Below, piece after piece: positions 37,850 to 50,950 of a stretch of 64,000 bases of DNA. A program made the translations under genes and the position numbers. The stretch covers positions 53,134,001 through 53,198,000 of the forward strand of contig NC_042999.1 of the NCBI RefSeq assembly GCF_006345805.1, given 5' to 3'. Each line of letters begins with the position of its first letter. Position 1 is the first letter of the stretch. This DNA comes from Octopus sinensis. Taxonomy: Eukaryota. Under the pieces are notes generated by a model that saw only the letters and a program-made list of their open reading frames with translations, made no database searches and had not been told where the DNA came from.

Positions 37850-38890
37850 TGGACGCATTTAACATTGGCTAAGACAGGCCTCCGTCATCAGGGTAGAGAT
37901 CTTACATTTCGGATCTTAATGCTGACAATTTAAAAAATGGAATGATTATATGTGGAGAGCTAGCTGTATTAGAGGGGGGAAATGGGAAGGTTGGTGGGAT
38001 TATGCAGGGTATTAAGACAGGGAATGGAGAGAGGAGAAAAGATAGTTTAGGAAGTGTGAGGGATTAATAATAAGGATGTTAAGGGAGATAGTAGTAGAGG
38101 GGGAGAGTTTGAGAGATGAATAGGAGGGGAGGAGGGATAGTATTTTAATGGTAGTCTGTTGTGTTAGATTTGTAACTGTTTAGGGATAATAGCTCTAGAA
38201 GCATTGGAAGTTGAGGAAGTGAGAATAGAAATGGCAATTATTTGAGGCAAGTAAAGTGTCTACTTCAGTGGCAGAGGGAAATTACTAAAGTGGGTAGAAA
38301 GGTATGAGAGAAGATAGAGGGATGTGGATAGATGAGGTAACTTGGAGGTCATGATAGTAGTAGTTAGTAGAATAATGAATGTGAGTTGGTAAAGGAGCGG
38401 AGGTACTGAGGCATGAAGTGGTGTATGGAATTGAATAGGTGGAGGGGAGTAGAGGGAGAGGGAGAGCTTGATAGGTTAGTATCCAATTGAGAAGAGTAGT
38501 ATTAACTGCTTTTGTTTGAAGAGGAGAAATGAGAGAATAGGGTAAGAATACTATATGTGAGGATTGGGAAGCTAGGAGGGAGGTGGGATGTGGTGGGTTA
38601 GAGGAATTTGCGAAGGTAACAATGAAAACGAATAGATTAATAATAGATGAGGCGGTGAGTTGTTAAGCTGCCCTTGTCAGTCTAGTAACTGACCATTCAA
38701 ATACTATCTACCCTACCCTCTTATTCATCTCCCAACTCTCCACCGCTACTACTACCTCCATTAGCTACACTCATTATTAAACCTTAATTCTTCCTGAACT
38801 ATCATTCCTCCTCTCACCATTCCATGTCTCAATCCCCCCATAACGCCACTGATCTTCTTACTTTCCCCTCTCATATAAATAGCCTCCACA
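37850..38890 (-). mobile_element. Old purine/pyrimidine-skewed element with an inverted partial copy (PLE-like layout)
   Basis: The reverse complement of ~37960-38155 aligns with ~38690-38890; CTGATGA near the minus-strand 3' end (~37890). Confidence 0.45.
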
Positions 38891-39535
38891 TTTACTTATT
38901 CCAAATTTCCAATTGAATTAACAGCAATTATAGACATGGGTCACATAGATTTAGTAAAGTTAGCAAATGACCAGTAGAACCTATGTTTACAAGACAACAT
39001 TACATCTGAAAATATATAAAGTAATGAGGGGTTCTGGTAGAAAATAATGGTTAGCGATTACCTTAAACATTATTGAAATGTACAAACGTTTTTGTTGTTT
39101 GGGGGAACTTCACTTAAGACAGGATAGGATATATAGATTTGAGGTTGTGTACATAAGTTCCTAAGGAGGCAGATAATTTAGAACTTGAATTGAAGAAATT
39201 GTTCATGTGTGCACAGCAGCATGCATATATATGCACACGCATACATACTCTCTAATGTACATGTACACTCACACACATAAACATATAAATATAGACCTAC
39301 ACGCCCAGCCAACCAGATATACAAGCACAAATATATATTTGATGAAATATCAGATCGGCAATGGCATTTACGTTTCATCCGCATTTAGCTCCCGCCGGGT
39401 ACAGCCGAAACTTCCAACTTACTAACAATGAAATTACTATCCCTGAATCTAGTATTGATGATCACAGTATTTCAATATTTTATGGCGTACACACGCACAA
39501 ATTCTATATATATATATGTATGTATTTATATATAT

Positions 39536-39646
<111 letters not shown>

Positions 39647-39704
39647 CGTGTGTATGTACGTGTGTATGTATGTGTGTATATATATTCTATATATATATAG
39701 TTAA

Positions 39705-40040
39705 AGTTAATTTTTGGGCTCAAAAAGCAAAAGCAAGGCCATGTAGGAGAACATGGAATTATGTACAGGGAGAGTGTTCATGCAAAGAGTTGAGGTCAAT
39801 TCTGGATTTCTGGTCAAGAGAGTCTTTGAACCGAACGGTCGTCGGCATCTTCACTATCTCGTCCGGCAGCTTATTCCACGGCTCCGCAACCCGGACGGAG
39901 AAAGCCCCTCTCCTTCGATTGAGATGAAATCGTCGCAGATAGAGCTTTTCGGAGTGACCCCGCAGCCGACGCCCTGGGCAGGAGTGAAGAACAGCTCTTT
40001 CGAGAGGTTACACTTTCCGCTTACGATGTTGTGAGCGAGC
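39705..40040 (-). mobile_element. CR1 LINE 3' end
   Basis: LAHNIVSGKCNLSKELFF / LRGHSEKLYLRRFHLNRRRGAFSVRVAEPWNKLPDEIV..FKDSLD. Confidence 0.85.
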
Positions 40041-40109
40041 ATGACAGAATATACATATATATACATACATACATATATACATACATACATACACACACAC
40101 ACACGTGCG

Positions 40110-40147
<38 letters not shown>

Positions 40148-40165
40148 CACATACATACAAATACA

Positions 40166-40525
40166 TAGGCGCAGGGGTAGCTGTGTGGTAAATAGTTTGC
40201 TTCCCAACCACATAGTTGCAGGTTCAGTCCCACTGCGTGGCACCCTGAGCAAGTATTTTCTACTATTTTCTACTATAGCCTCGACCCGACCAAAGTATTG
40301 TGAGTGGATTTGGTAGACAGAGACTGAAGAAATACCGTCGTATATGTGTGTATGTGTGTGTGTGTGTGTGTATGCGTGTCTGTGTTTGTTCCTCGAGCAT
40401 CGCTTGACAACCGATGCTGGTGTGTTTACGTCCGGCAAAAGGGAACGATAGAATAAGTACTGGATTCGATTTGCCAAAGTAAAGGCGGTGCGCCGCCATG
40501 ACACTAATAAAAGGAGTAAAAGAGT
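40166..40525 (+). mobile_element. SINE family A, near full length
   Basis: AGGCGCAGGGGTAGCTGTGTGG head through AAGGAGTAAAAGAGT tail. Confidence 0.9.
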
Positions 40526-40666
40526 ATATATATATAATATATATATATTATATATAATATATATATGTATATACATAACACACATAATAATGTATTATAT
40601 ATATATATAATATTCAAACATGCCTTCATACATACACAAATGAGGTGGTAGTAGTAGTAGTTGTAT

Positions 40667-40702
<36 letters not shown>

Positions 40703-41287
40703 AAAACATTTTCTTGTGAAGACACGTCTGTAATTTAACGGTTCAAGAAGCTTGAGTGTTTCCCTCCATTTTTTTTTTCTTTTTCAAAACTCCTCGACTA
40801 CAGAATGCCGTCCATATTTAAACTAACAACCTGACATCAATTCACCTCTTCTCTCTTATCTATTTAACCAGCACATAAATCTATATTCATTGATTTTGTT
40901 CAAACACATGGCCTGCATCTCTACAAAACGTTTCATCTTGCCGTCTCTTTAGTCATCTGCTGTTTGTGCTGTACTGCTCTATGTCTGTGTTGTACTTGAT
41001 ATAATGGTGTTGCTATGGTGGTGTGTCTACTGATCTTGCTACTAATATAGAAGTTGTTGTTTCCGCCGACGCCGCCGCCGTTGTTCTTTTTGTTGTTGAG
41101 GCTGTTCAACACAAAGGTAGATGTAGATCAAGTCAGATACAATTAAAAGTGTCCCGGCCCTGAATGGCGTACAGACGCTTCAGACAGAATCAGTTGTTAT
41201 CTGTCTGTCTGTCTATATCGATGTGTGAGTGTATGTACATACAAACATACACACACACTCTCACACACTCATGCATATTTATATATT

Positions 41288-41349
<62 letters not shown>

Positions 41350-41679
41350 TAAAATAAATAATATATAAATATATGCATATATACATACATATATGTACAT
41401 ACTACATCTATATGTATATATACATGCATATATGGGTACAGGACATAAAAAGACGTTGAACCAATGAGAAACGAAAACATAAAACAAAAACATGGAAACG
41501 AAATTTTTTTCAAACAACGAAAAAACAGAGTACAAGATATACAACACAAGGAATATTCCCCTTCTTCAGTTGCCCCTGTTTCGTCTAGTCCGGATTTCGA
41601 AGGTATACAGATACACACACACATACATATATATGTACATATCTATAAGCATATATACATATATATGTATGTATGTATG

Positions 41680-41714
<35 letters not shown>

Positions 41715-41887
41715 ATAAATAAGAATAAAAATAAAAATAAAAATAAAATTAATAACTTTAATAATTCTTTAAATGTTAATTATAAATATAAATCTGATAA
41801 TAATAATATTAATATGATAAAGAAATATAATAACAACAATAATAATGACAGTTTTAATAATAAGAAGAAGGAAAATAAGAATAAAAT

Positions 41888-42592
41888 TTGGTTAATAGTC
41901 CTTATGGTGCTCAAGCTAAAACAAACTTTATTAAAGAGATTTTAGATATTATTGAAGTATTTATTCGAGATAATCGTAAATATAAAAACATTTTCTCTAG
42001 TAATAATTTTGGAGTAGGCTATTCCACCACTAATAGTGTAGGTAACATTATTTCTTCTTTTAAAAAATTTAAACTGAATAATTTTTATAAAAATAAATTA
42101 TATAATAATACCAATAATAAAGACAAGACACTAATTAACTGTACATGTAGAGATAAAACTAAATGTAAATTAAATAAAAAATGTGATACTAATGATGTAG
42201 TGTATAAATGTATAGTTACATTACATGATAAGAATAATAAGAATAATAATAACTCAAACGCGATATATATAGGGTCCACTTCCTCTGAAATAAAATTAAG
42301 AATCGCACAACATATGAATTCGTTTAAAAATAAAAACTTAATTAACTCCACTGGACTTAGCATGTACATTTGGAGACTTAAATCCCAAAATATTAATTAT
42401 AATTTATCTTGGGAAATAATTAGTAAAACTAAATCATATACTATAGGAGCGAATTTTTGTTATTTATGTTCTAATGAGTTTAAGGAAATTTTATTTTATA
42501 AGCATGATAATTTACTGAATACCTGTGATGAGCGCAAAATAAAATGCAGACACAAGTTACTTTACTTATATAATAAATTTCTTGATAAATAA
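41888..42592 (+). CDS. PLE C-terminal linker + GIY-YIG endonuclease (5'-truncated, frameshift near 41890)
   Basis: KIW/NSPY...KTNF, CTCRDKTKCKLNKKC, VVYKC...IYIGST, KLRIAQH, LSMYIWRLK, CYLCSNE, LLN, CRH motifs typical of PLE endonucleases. Confidence 0.88.
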   Translation: MVNSPYGAQAKTNFIKEILDIIEVFIRDNRKYKNIFSSNNFGVGYSTTNSVGNIISSFKKFKLNNFYKNKLYNNTNNKDKTLINCTCRDKTKCKLNKKCDTNDVVYKCIVTLHDKNNKNNNNSNAIYIGSTSSEIKLRIAQHMNSFKNKNLINSTGLSMYIWRLKSQNINYNLSWEIISKTKSYTIGANFCYLCSNEFKEILFYKHDNLLNTCDERKIKCRHKLLYLYNKFLDK

Positions 42593-42810
42593 TGATTATT
42601 TCTTAGCCTTAATTAGCTCCCTATTTGTTGTTTTATGTAATAGTATTATAAATATACCAGGTGATTTGTAGTACTTATTATATTAGTTTATTATAGTTAT
42701 TTAGGTTCTGCTTTTAATTATAATTAGATTATAGATGGTTGTTCATTTTATTACTAAATATATTTTTAATAAATATTTAATGGTTTATTGAATATAGAGT
42801 CTGATATTTA

Positions 42811-42879
42811 AACCGCCTGATGAATGACTGTAACTCGAAAGTTTAAAGAAATTAACAGCCATGAAACGATCGTAGTGTT
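42811..42879 (+). ncRNA. Type I HHR in the PLE 3' UTR
   Basis: CGC-CUGAUGA-AUG..CUGU-AACU-CGAA-AGUU..ACAG.CAU-GAAA-CGAUCG-UA-GUG; palindromic stem III, GUA site, weak stem I. Confidence 0.7.
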
Positions 42880-43009
42880 ATATTAATTATATTTTTTAAA
42901 ATAATTTTGTTATATATTTAAATAATATAAATTAAATAATCTTATGTATTGGCTTAAGTTTTTCATTGTAAGATTTGCCTAATAGTGGTTTTATCTCTAA
43001 GTTAATATA

Positions 43010-43029
<20 letters not shown>

Positions 43030-43040
<11 letters not shown>

Positions 43041-43435
43041 AAATAAGGGCAAAAAAATTTTCTAATGTCAAAATATGCCGAAAATAGACACAACGTCAAT
43101 AACCATGTAATTCCATGGGTATAAGTAAGTATTTCACTTATTTCTTTACCGCATTTATCACTGATGAAGGGAAGGTTCTTATGAACTAACTCTGAAATCG
43201 GGTCCGATATGGTAATAATGGGATTTTTTAGAAATTTCTGTCAGCTTTCTTCGAAACACGTGCTGAATTACATTGTTATTGACGTTGTGTCTATTTTCGG
43301 CATATTTTGGCATTAGAAATCTTTTCTTTTGCCCTTACTTATAAATTATTTATAAATTTAACCTTTCAAGGTATTTTTTAATATGCTGGCTATTGATAGA
43401 ACTTTTTTCGACAAATTTTATCGTACATTAGATGT
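43030..43435 (+). mobile_element. Short HHR element with inverted tail copy (43030-43110 vs 43265-43345)
   Basis: TTATAAATAAGGGC..ATATGCCGAAAATAGACACAACGTCAATAAC is inverted at 43270-43345. Confidence 0.85.
43155..43215 (+). ncRNA. Type I hammerhead ribozyme, intact core, three helices
   Basis: UUAUCA-CUGAUGA-AGGG-AA-GGUUC-UUAU-GAACU-AA-CUCU-GAAA-UCGG-GU-CCGA-UA-UGGUAA; predicted cleavage after A43209. Confidence 0.85.
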
Positions 43436-44415
43436 ATATATATATATATATATACATATATATATTTAATATTTTTCATAGCCCTAAATTTCATCTTTAT
43501 ACAATATAACAATATTGCTTAAATCATTCAACTATAGTATAGTAAATCATGATAAAAAATTTCCCCTGTATATATCTGTGTATGTATATTCCTGACATTA
43601 GTAATTTCACAGTATAGTACAAATACAGGAAATTTTTTTTAAAGGCGCTCCATAAAAAAACTTCATACGACTGTTGTCACAAAATGAAGGATATTATTAC
43701 AAGTTATACAAAGAATACAATCGTTGGTGTAGACACTGAAGTTTGCCCGTTCAAGCAGATGTGCTTCATAAAGTCAGTTGTTTAGGAAGACGGAGTCACA
43801 GAAGTGTACCATAATAACGTAATCGGAAATTTACGTCGGTTTATGCGAAGATAATTTTAAAAGCCGTTATGCAAAGCTCCAGTTTTCTTTTCAACTAATT
43901 GAGAGAAATAAAGTCACAAAGTTGATTAGGCATGTACGGGATCTGAAGATCAACTGAATATCACATACAATCAAGTGGAGAAACGATGAGAAATCAACGT
44001 CATTTGTAAATGCATCAAAGTACTTGAAAGATCACATATCCTTTTTAGATCCAAAGTTCCGCCACACTACTTAATTCTAGATCCGATTTTTTTTAGCCTC
44101 GCCAGATTGAATAGCAGCCTTGGAGACATTGACACCCCACGCAGTATCATTCTAACATCTGCAAGCTTAATTAAGATTTCTACAGACATAGAAGAAAAAC
44201 ATCTCAGTTTTCTTTTCGTTTCTTTATACTCATTCACATTTTGCAACAAGCTTTTTATTTCTTCTCAGTTTTTCTCCTTAACTACCGCCCTCGTTTTTAA
44301 ATATACCTAACGCTATGTACGGAACCCGAAGGATCACTTGGAAACATGACATACTGAATAAATCTGCCGAATTTTTACCTCTGATCTAAATTTTGTCTAT
44401 ATTTAGTGATTATAT

Positions 44416-44827
44416 ACTCTTTTACTCTTTTACTTGTTTCAGTCATCTGACTGCGGCCATGCTGGAGCACCGCCTTTAATCGAGCAACTCGACCCCGGGA
44501 TTTGTTCTTTTTGTAAGCCCAGTACTTATTCTATCCTTCTCTTTTGCCGAACCGCTAAGTAACGGGGACATAAACACACCAGCATCGGTTGTCAAGCAAT
44601 GCTAGGGGGACAAACACAGACACACAAACACACACATGCATATATATATATATATATACATATATACGACGGGCTTCTTTCAGTTTCCGTCTACCAAAAC
44701 CACTCAAAAGGCTTTGGTCGGCCCGAGGCTATAGTAGAAGACACTCGCCCAAGGTGCCACGCAGTGGGACTGAACCCGGAACCATGTGGTTGGTAAACAA
44801 GCTACTTACCACACAGCCACTCCTGCG
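44416..44827 (-). mobile_element. SINE family A, near full length
   Basis: Reverse complement of family A from head to tail. Confidence 0.92.
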
Positions 44828-44829
44828 AA

Positions 44830-44991
44830 AGACCACCCGGAAGACCTCCACGACGGTGGAGTTACGATTTCAGGAGGACGATTGCGATCACGTGGATGAG
44901 AAAGGCGCGATCCAGAGAGGAATGGACAGCGTGCTTTGACCAGCGGTGTCAAATGGACGCCTGACGGACTGGTCGGTCAAGGTGATCAAAG

Positions 44992-44995
<4 letters not shown>
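44830..44995 (+). mobile_element. RTE LINE 3' end
   Basis: GRPPRRWSYDFRRTIAITWMRKARSREEWTACFDQRCQMDA*. Confidence 0.75.
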
Positions 44996-45046
<51 letters not shown>

Positions 45047-45174
45047 GTCTGTATTTTTATAAATGTGTACATACATATGTATGCATGTGTGTGTGTGTTT
45101 ATACGTGCATATGTAAATAAATGTATATTATATATATATGTGTGTGTGTGTGTGTGTCTGCACGTGTGTGTCTA

Positions 45175-45370
45175 GGCGCGTGAACTAGTGCTTAAGCTGT
45201 TGCAAACACGGTCGCCAGATCGTGGGTCCGATCTCCTCACCGGGCGTGGCTTTGTGTTCTTGAGCAACGCACTTCCTTTCACGTTGCTTCAGTCTCCCTT
45301 TCGAACAGAAGCAAATATTGGCCAACTCACCTCCCCAGCGGGGTGGCGTCATTTCCAGGCTTACACAAAG
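45175..45370 (+). mobile_element. Degenerate tRNA-derived SINE
   Basis: Degraded A/B boxes followed by TGTGTTCTTGAGCAACGCACTT domain. Confidence 0.5.
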
Positions 45371-45786
45371 CAAAAATAAAAATGCATAGTGATCAGGACA
45401 TCTGATAGCCTGGTCGGTTAGGTGATCATGTGATATTCACACACATGCATTCCCCGCACCCCTCTCCCCACTAAAGTATCGACCATTTTCAGATACTGTT
45501 GTCACAGAAAGGACTTTCTCTTCATTCTTTCTAATGCCGGTCACTTTCGAAATGTAACCTCACATGGAATGTTGGTGATATCTCAGCTCCATGTTCCTTC
45601 TTTCACTTTGAACTTCTCCGTTTTTCCTGTTTCCAAAGCTGAGCTATGCTTGAAACGTAAAACAACCATTGTCTTCTTTCTCTGAACGTCTTATTAATAC
45701 GTTGTTTGTGCTCCTTCCTCACATTTGCTTGTTTTTTTTCTCATTTTTGCTTTGGATTTCATACAGTATATATATTTGATTTCATT

Positions 45787-45836
<50 letters not shown>

Positions 45837-46100
45837 GTATATATGCATATATATATGTATGTATATATGCATATATACATATATATATATACATATATAT
45901 ATATATATGTATGTATTTATCTACATATATATATGTACATACACATACACACACACACATATACAATATGTTTTCAATATTATAAAACTATAAAACTTGT
46001 AATTAATATATTCGTTTATACACAAGCATATAAACTCGGATATTCTACTCTATCTATCTACCTTTCCATTAATCAATCTATCTATCAGTCTATCTATCTA

Positions 46101-46501
46101 GTCCAACAATTTCCGACCTGTGGGCTTATGTCGAACAACTGCTGTCACGTGTGGGACGAGTCGGTTTATCAGCTGAGTCTATCGTCAATATTGTCACGCC
46201 TCCTTCCTTCAAACGGGAAGGAAGAGCTATTTTCATCATCCTTGTGGCTATGGCGAAAGAATGTATCTGGTGGACGCGTCTGAAAGGATTGGAGACAAAC
46301 ACTTTCCTCTCTGGTCAATCTCTCATCAACTTCTTCAAGTACCACTTGAAAAGGAAAGTGAGAGTAGAGAGGCAAGTTTTGTCTAGCGAATGTTTTAAAA
46401 AAAGATGGGTGAATGTAGCAAGAATGGCACGTATGAATGACGAAGCCACCTTGAGCATAGTCCTATGAACCCAGAAATCGAAAACAGAGAGTTGCTTATT
46501 T

Positions 46502-46539
<38 letters not shown>

Positions 46540-46687
46540 ATTATAAAATGTGACTTCATTGACCGAGGTTACCGTGGTCTTTTCCGCAGGCTTTTCTTTC
46601 CACGGGTAAACCTCACCTGTCCTCCCCTTTACACTTCATATTGACATTTCTGTGATAACGATCCCTATTGATCATTTTTTTTCCTCT

Positions 46688-46729
<42 letters not shown>

Positions 46730-46889
46730 CCCCTTATTTTTGTCCTCTTTCTCTCCTTTTACGATCCCTTTTGATCGAACCTCCCCCTTCCTTTTTTTTT
46801 TTTTTTTTTTTTTTAATACCTTCAAAAGAAAAGCTCTACCTTGTAATTTGTTCTATCTGTGTGCAGCCCTGTGTGGCTAATAAAGAAAC
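46101..46889 (+). mobile_element. Tx1/L1-like LINE 3' end with (TATC)n on both sides
   Basis: PTISDLWAYVEQLLSRV...AMAKECIWWTRLKGLE...FKKRWVNV; ends AATAAAGAAAC. Confidence 0.8.
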
Positions 46890-46899
46890 ATATCTATTC

Positions 46900-46986
46900 A
46901 ACTATCTATCCATTTGTCTATCTATCTATGTGTTTATCTATCTACCTATCTACCTAGTTGCCTATCTAACCATCTATCTATCTCTA

Positions 46987-47064
<78 letters not shown>

Positions 47065-47202
47065 GCTAGCTAGCTATGTAGACATCTATCCATCCATCTA
47101 TATATCTATCTATCTACCTATATATCTCTCTATCTCGCTATCTCTCTATCTATCAATCTATCCATCCATTTATCCATCTATCCATTTATCTATCTAACCA
47201 TA

Positions 47203-47253
<51 letters not shown>

Positions 47254-47290
47254 ATCTATCTATCTATCTATCTATCTATTTATCTATATA
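46900..47290. repeat. (TATC)n microsatellite
   Basis: Tetranucleotide array. Confidence 0.95.
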
Positions 47291-48369
47291 TGTATACACC
47301 CCCACACACACATACATACATCCACACACATACACACACGCCCATACATTCATATATTAAAACACGAACTGAAATTTTTTTCAATGACTAGTAGTACATT
47401 TTTGATGAAGTAAAATGCAGCTTATTTAATACTGATTCTCGGTCGAATCTGTTTGGTGTGAAAGTTATATTAGCCGTGAAGATAGGTTATTTAGTTTTGC
47501 CTTCTCCTTATCCTTTATTACTCATATATTTTATTGTATAATGGCAGAAAAATAGCTTCGTGAATATGTTCCGCTTAATATCCTTTGCAAGATATCTATC
47601 AGAGTAGTACCATGAGAAAAGAAAAAAATATGCCTGCCGATTATGTTATTCATCGATTGAAACCTGCATTACTGGTCTCGGAATTCGAGTTCATAACCAC
47701 TCAATTACTTAATAATGGCAGCTGAAGATAAATGTCTATTTGATTTAAACGAGGTCCCGAAGGATTAAATCTTCCTTTAAACATGCTGAAATTTTAGTGA
47801 ATTAATCATTATTATATAATGTAGTCCTGGTGCAATAATCGTTTGTAGCGGCATCATTTCGTTAAGATAATATTGTGAACTAGCATATCACGGGATTGTA
47901 TTCAGACTCTATGGTGGATATTAAAACGTATGCCAAACATGATAAATTCTATCCATTAACGTTCGTCTAATGAATATCATTAGTTATTATGTATATAGAT
48001 ATAATTATTAGGGGCGTCAGAGTAGGACAAAAGCCGAATAAATATTCGTTAAGCAACTTGCGGGATTTATTTTGGTATCTTTATGTTGGGAATTTATTTC
48101 CACTGAAGATAACGATAACTTTCATCCATTGTCATCGATAAAGCAAATGTCTGTCAATTACTGGCATTGATATAATTGATTATGCCCTCGTTTATAATGA
48201 TTTTTCTGTAAACCTATGATAACAATCAGTATTATTGGTGATCGTATCGGTAATAGTGACTGTAACATTGCAGCAGTAATAGTTGTAATAACGATTTTTT
48301 CAAATTTCGGCACAAGGTCAGCAACTTCTGGGGATGAGGTAGTGGACAATGTTGGACCCCTGCGTTCGA

Positions 48370-48505
48370 CTGGTACTTATTTTATCGACCTGGAAAGGAT
48401 GAAAGGCAAAATCGACCTCGGTGAAATTTGAATGCTAAACGTTAAGACAAACGAAATGCCGTTAAGCACTGTGCCCCGGCGTGCTACTGATTCTGCCAGC
48501 TTTAC
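48370..48505 (-). mobile_element. SINE family B variant
   Basis: Reverse-complement head GCTGGCAGAATCAGTAGCACGCCGGG and central domain. Confidence 0.75.
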
Positions 48506-48525
48506 TAATACCAATAGTTTCATAA

Positions 48526-49110
48526 GGCGACAAGCTCGCAGAAACGTTAGCACAACGGGCGAAATGCTTAGCGATATTTCGTCTGCCGTTACGTTCTGAG
48601 TTCAAATTCCGCCGAGGTCGACTTTGCCCTTTCATCCTTTCGGGGTCGATAAATTAAGCACCAGTTACGCACTGGGGTCGATATAATCGACTTAATCCGT
48701 TTGTCTGTCCTTGTTTATCCTCTCTGTGTTTAGCCCCTTGCGGGTAGTAGAGAAATAGGTATTTCGTCTGCCGCTACGTTCTGAGTTCAAATTCCGCATA
48801 GGTCGACTTTGCCTTTCACCCTTTCGGAGTCGATAAATTAAGTTCCAGTTACGCACTGGGGTCGATGTAATCGACTTAATCCGTTTGTCTATCTTTGTTT
48901 GCCCCTTCTGTGTTTAGCCCCTTGTGGGTAGTAAAGAAATAGATATTTCGCCTGTCTTTACGTTCTGAGTTCAAATTCCGCCACAGTCGACTTTTCCTTT
49001 CATCTTTTCGGGGTCAATAAATTAAGTGACAGCTACGTACTGGGGTCGATCAATTCGACTGGCTCCCTCCCACAAAATTTCGGGCCTTGTACTTAGAGTA
49101 GAAAAGAATA
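48526..49110 (+). mobile_element. SINE family B with three tandem body units
   Basis: One head, then ATTTCG(T/C)CTG..TTCTGAGTTCAAATTCCGC units at ~48576, ~48761 and ~48945. Confidence 0.9.
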
Positions 49111-49664
49111 TCATAAGTTTCATTGTATGACGCTATTCAGGTCTCACCTGTTACTGTTACTTTGATATCTTCATAACAATATACAGTCTTTTACAATTTG
49201 TCCCTTTAAATGTAAGCTTCCCTTTTTTCATTCTTTCTGTCATTCTCTCACAGATTTTCTTACTGCGTTTCTAGATCATGTAAAATATTGCCAAAGTATA
49301 AAACACACCATGTAAATGAACCTACTTATTGAAGTCTGTACAATTGTTTTCAATATCTCAAGATTAAAATAGAAATAAAATGACATAGAAAATCGAAGAG
49401 GAAGCAAAAACATAAAAATAATTGGAGAGAAACCAAAAGATAATTGAAATCAATATCCGAATGGTATTAAAGTTAATATTTTCCAAGCTGACCCGTTTAT
49501 ATGCAGTTTTAGCGGAATAAAATTCGAACAAGTTCTACCAAAATTGATTTCTATTTTGCGAAGATGTAAGAGCGAAATTTTATGTATTCGATTTGAAATT
49601 ATACAAAGTATAATCACAAAGACAGCTAAATAGACAGATACAAAAATACAAGGAAAGAAAGAAC

Positions 49665-49824
<160 letters not shown>

Positions 49825-50555
49825 GTTTCTTTATTAGCCACACATGGCCGAACACAAAGGGGACAAAATGCGGAGCTTTTCTTTTCGAAAATAGAAAAAA
49901 AGGAGAAAAATAAAATTCCAATCAAAAGGGATATTGAGAAAAAAAAAACAGTCAAAAGGGATCGTGTATCACAGAAAAATGTTTAAAGTGTAAAAAAACA
50001 AGATTAGGTTTATCCGTGGAAAAACCTACTGGAAAGACCACGGTAACTTCAGGCAGGGAGGGAATAAACACATGAGAGCAAAGTGCTCTCACTTTCTCTC
50101 TCTCTCTCTTCGAATTTCAGGATCATGCTCAAAGTGGTTTCGTCACTCGCACGCACCATCTTTGCTACATTCACCCACCTTTTTATTGAAACTTTCACGA
50201 GACAAAACTTGCCTTTCTATTCTCACCTTCCTTTTCAAGTGGAACTTGAAAAATTTAATGAGCAATTGGCCAGAGAGTCTCTAATCCTTTCGCTCGAGTC
50301 CACCACACATATTCTTTCACCATGGCCACCAATACGATGAAGGCTGCCTTTCATTCCCGGTTAAGGTAAGGTGGCGGAGGAATTTCAAAGAAAGAGTCGG
50401 CCGACAGGTGGAATCGTCTCACACGTGACAGCAGCCGCTCGGCATACACCCACAGGTCCAAAATGGTTGGACACTGCACGAGAGCGTGCAGAACGGTTTC
50501 GTCGCTCTAACCGCATCTCGGGCAATTCGGTCCAGTGTGTCTCGAACCGTGCCTC
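49825..50555 (-). mobile_element. Tx1/L1-like LINE 3' end (second copy)
   Basis: CPRCG*SDETVLHALVQCPTILDLW; same 3' UTR and AATAAAGAAAC end as 46101-46889. Confidence 0.85.
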
Positions 50556-50621
<66 letters not shown>

Positions 50622-50677
50622 GTTCGATTCAAAGCAGTGACCTGTATAATAATAATAATAATAATATAATAATAATA

Positions 50678-50749
<72 letters not shown>

Positions 50750-50779
50750 CAACAACAACAACATCAACAACATCGAAAA

Positions 50780-50950
50780 ATACTTCGGAATGAGGACCTA
50801 GGTTCGAAATTTCCCCAATGCACCTGATGAAGGCTGGAGGGTATATCAGCCAAAATGTTATGTTAACAACAAACAAGATGAGGACAAGTATCCATCAAAT
50901 GTAAATAATGTAAATAATGTACATAATTCCTCATCACTTAAATATAGATA
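50780..50950 (+). mobile_element. HHR element, family of 13798-13950
   Basis: GCAC-CUGAUGA-AGGCUG..CAGCC-AAAA-UGUU (GAAA mutated) at 50820-50864, plus the shared tail. Confidence 0.7.

Larger units (their letters stand above)
41720..43010 (+). mobile_element. Penelope-like element 3' portion, between (TA)n arrays
   Basis: GIY-YIG ORF, HHR in the 3' UTR, conserved terminus shared with 33880-33965. Confidence 0.85.

Noticed and set aside
41540-41605. Minus-strand GAAA-TCCGGA and CTGAAGA-AGGGGAATATTCCTT
   Set aside because: HHR halves are in the wrong order and U16.1 is absent; probably a truncated PLE-type end.
43620-44390. Possible DNA transposase remnant
   Set aside because: No catalytic motif or TIRs found.
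48526-49110. Regularly spaced repeats as a CRISPR-like array
   Set aside because: Units are whole SINE bodies with no unique spacers; eukaryotic context, no cas genes.
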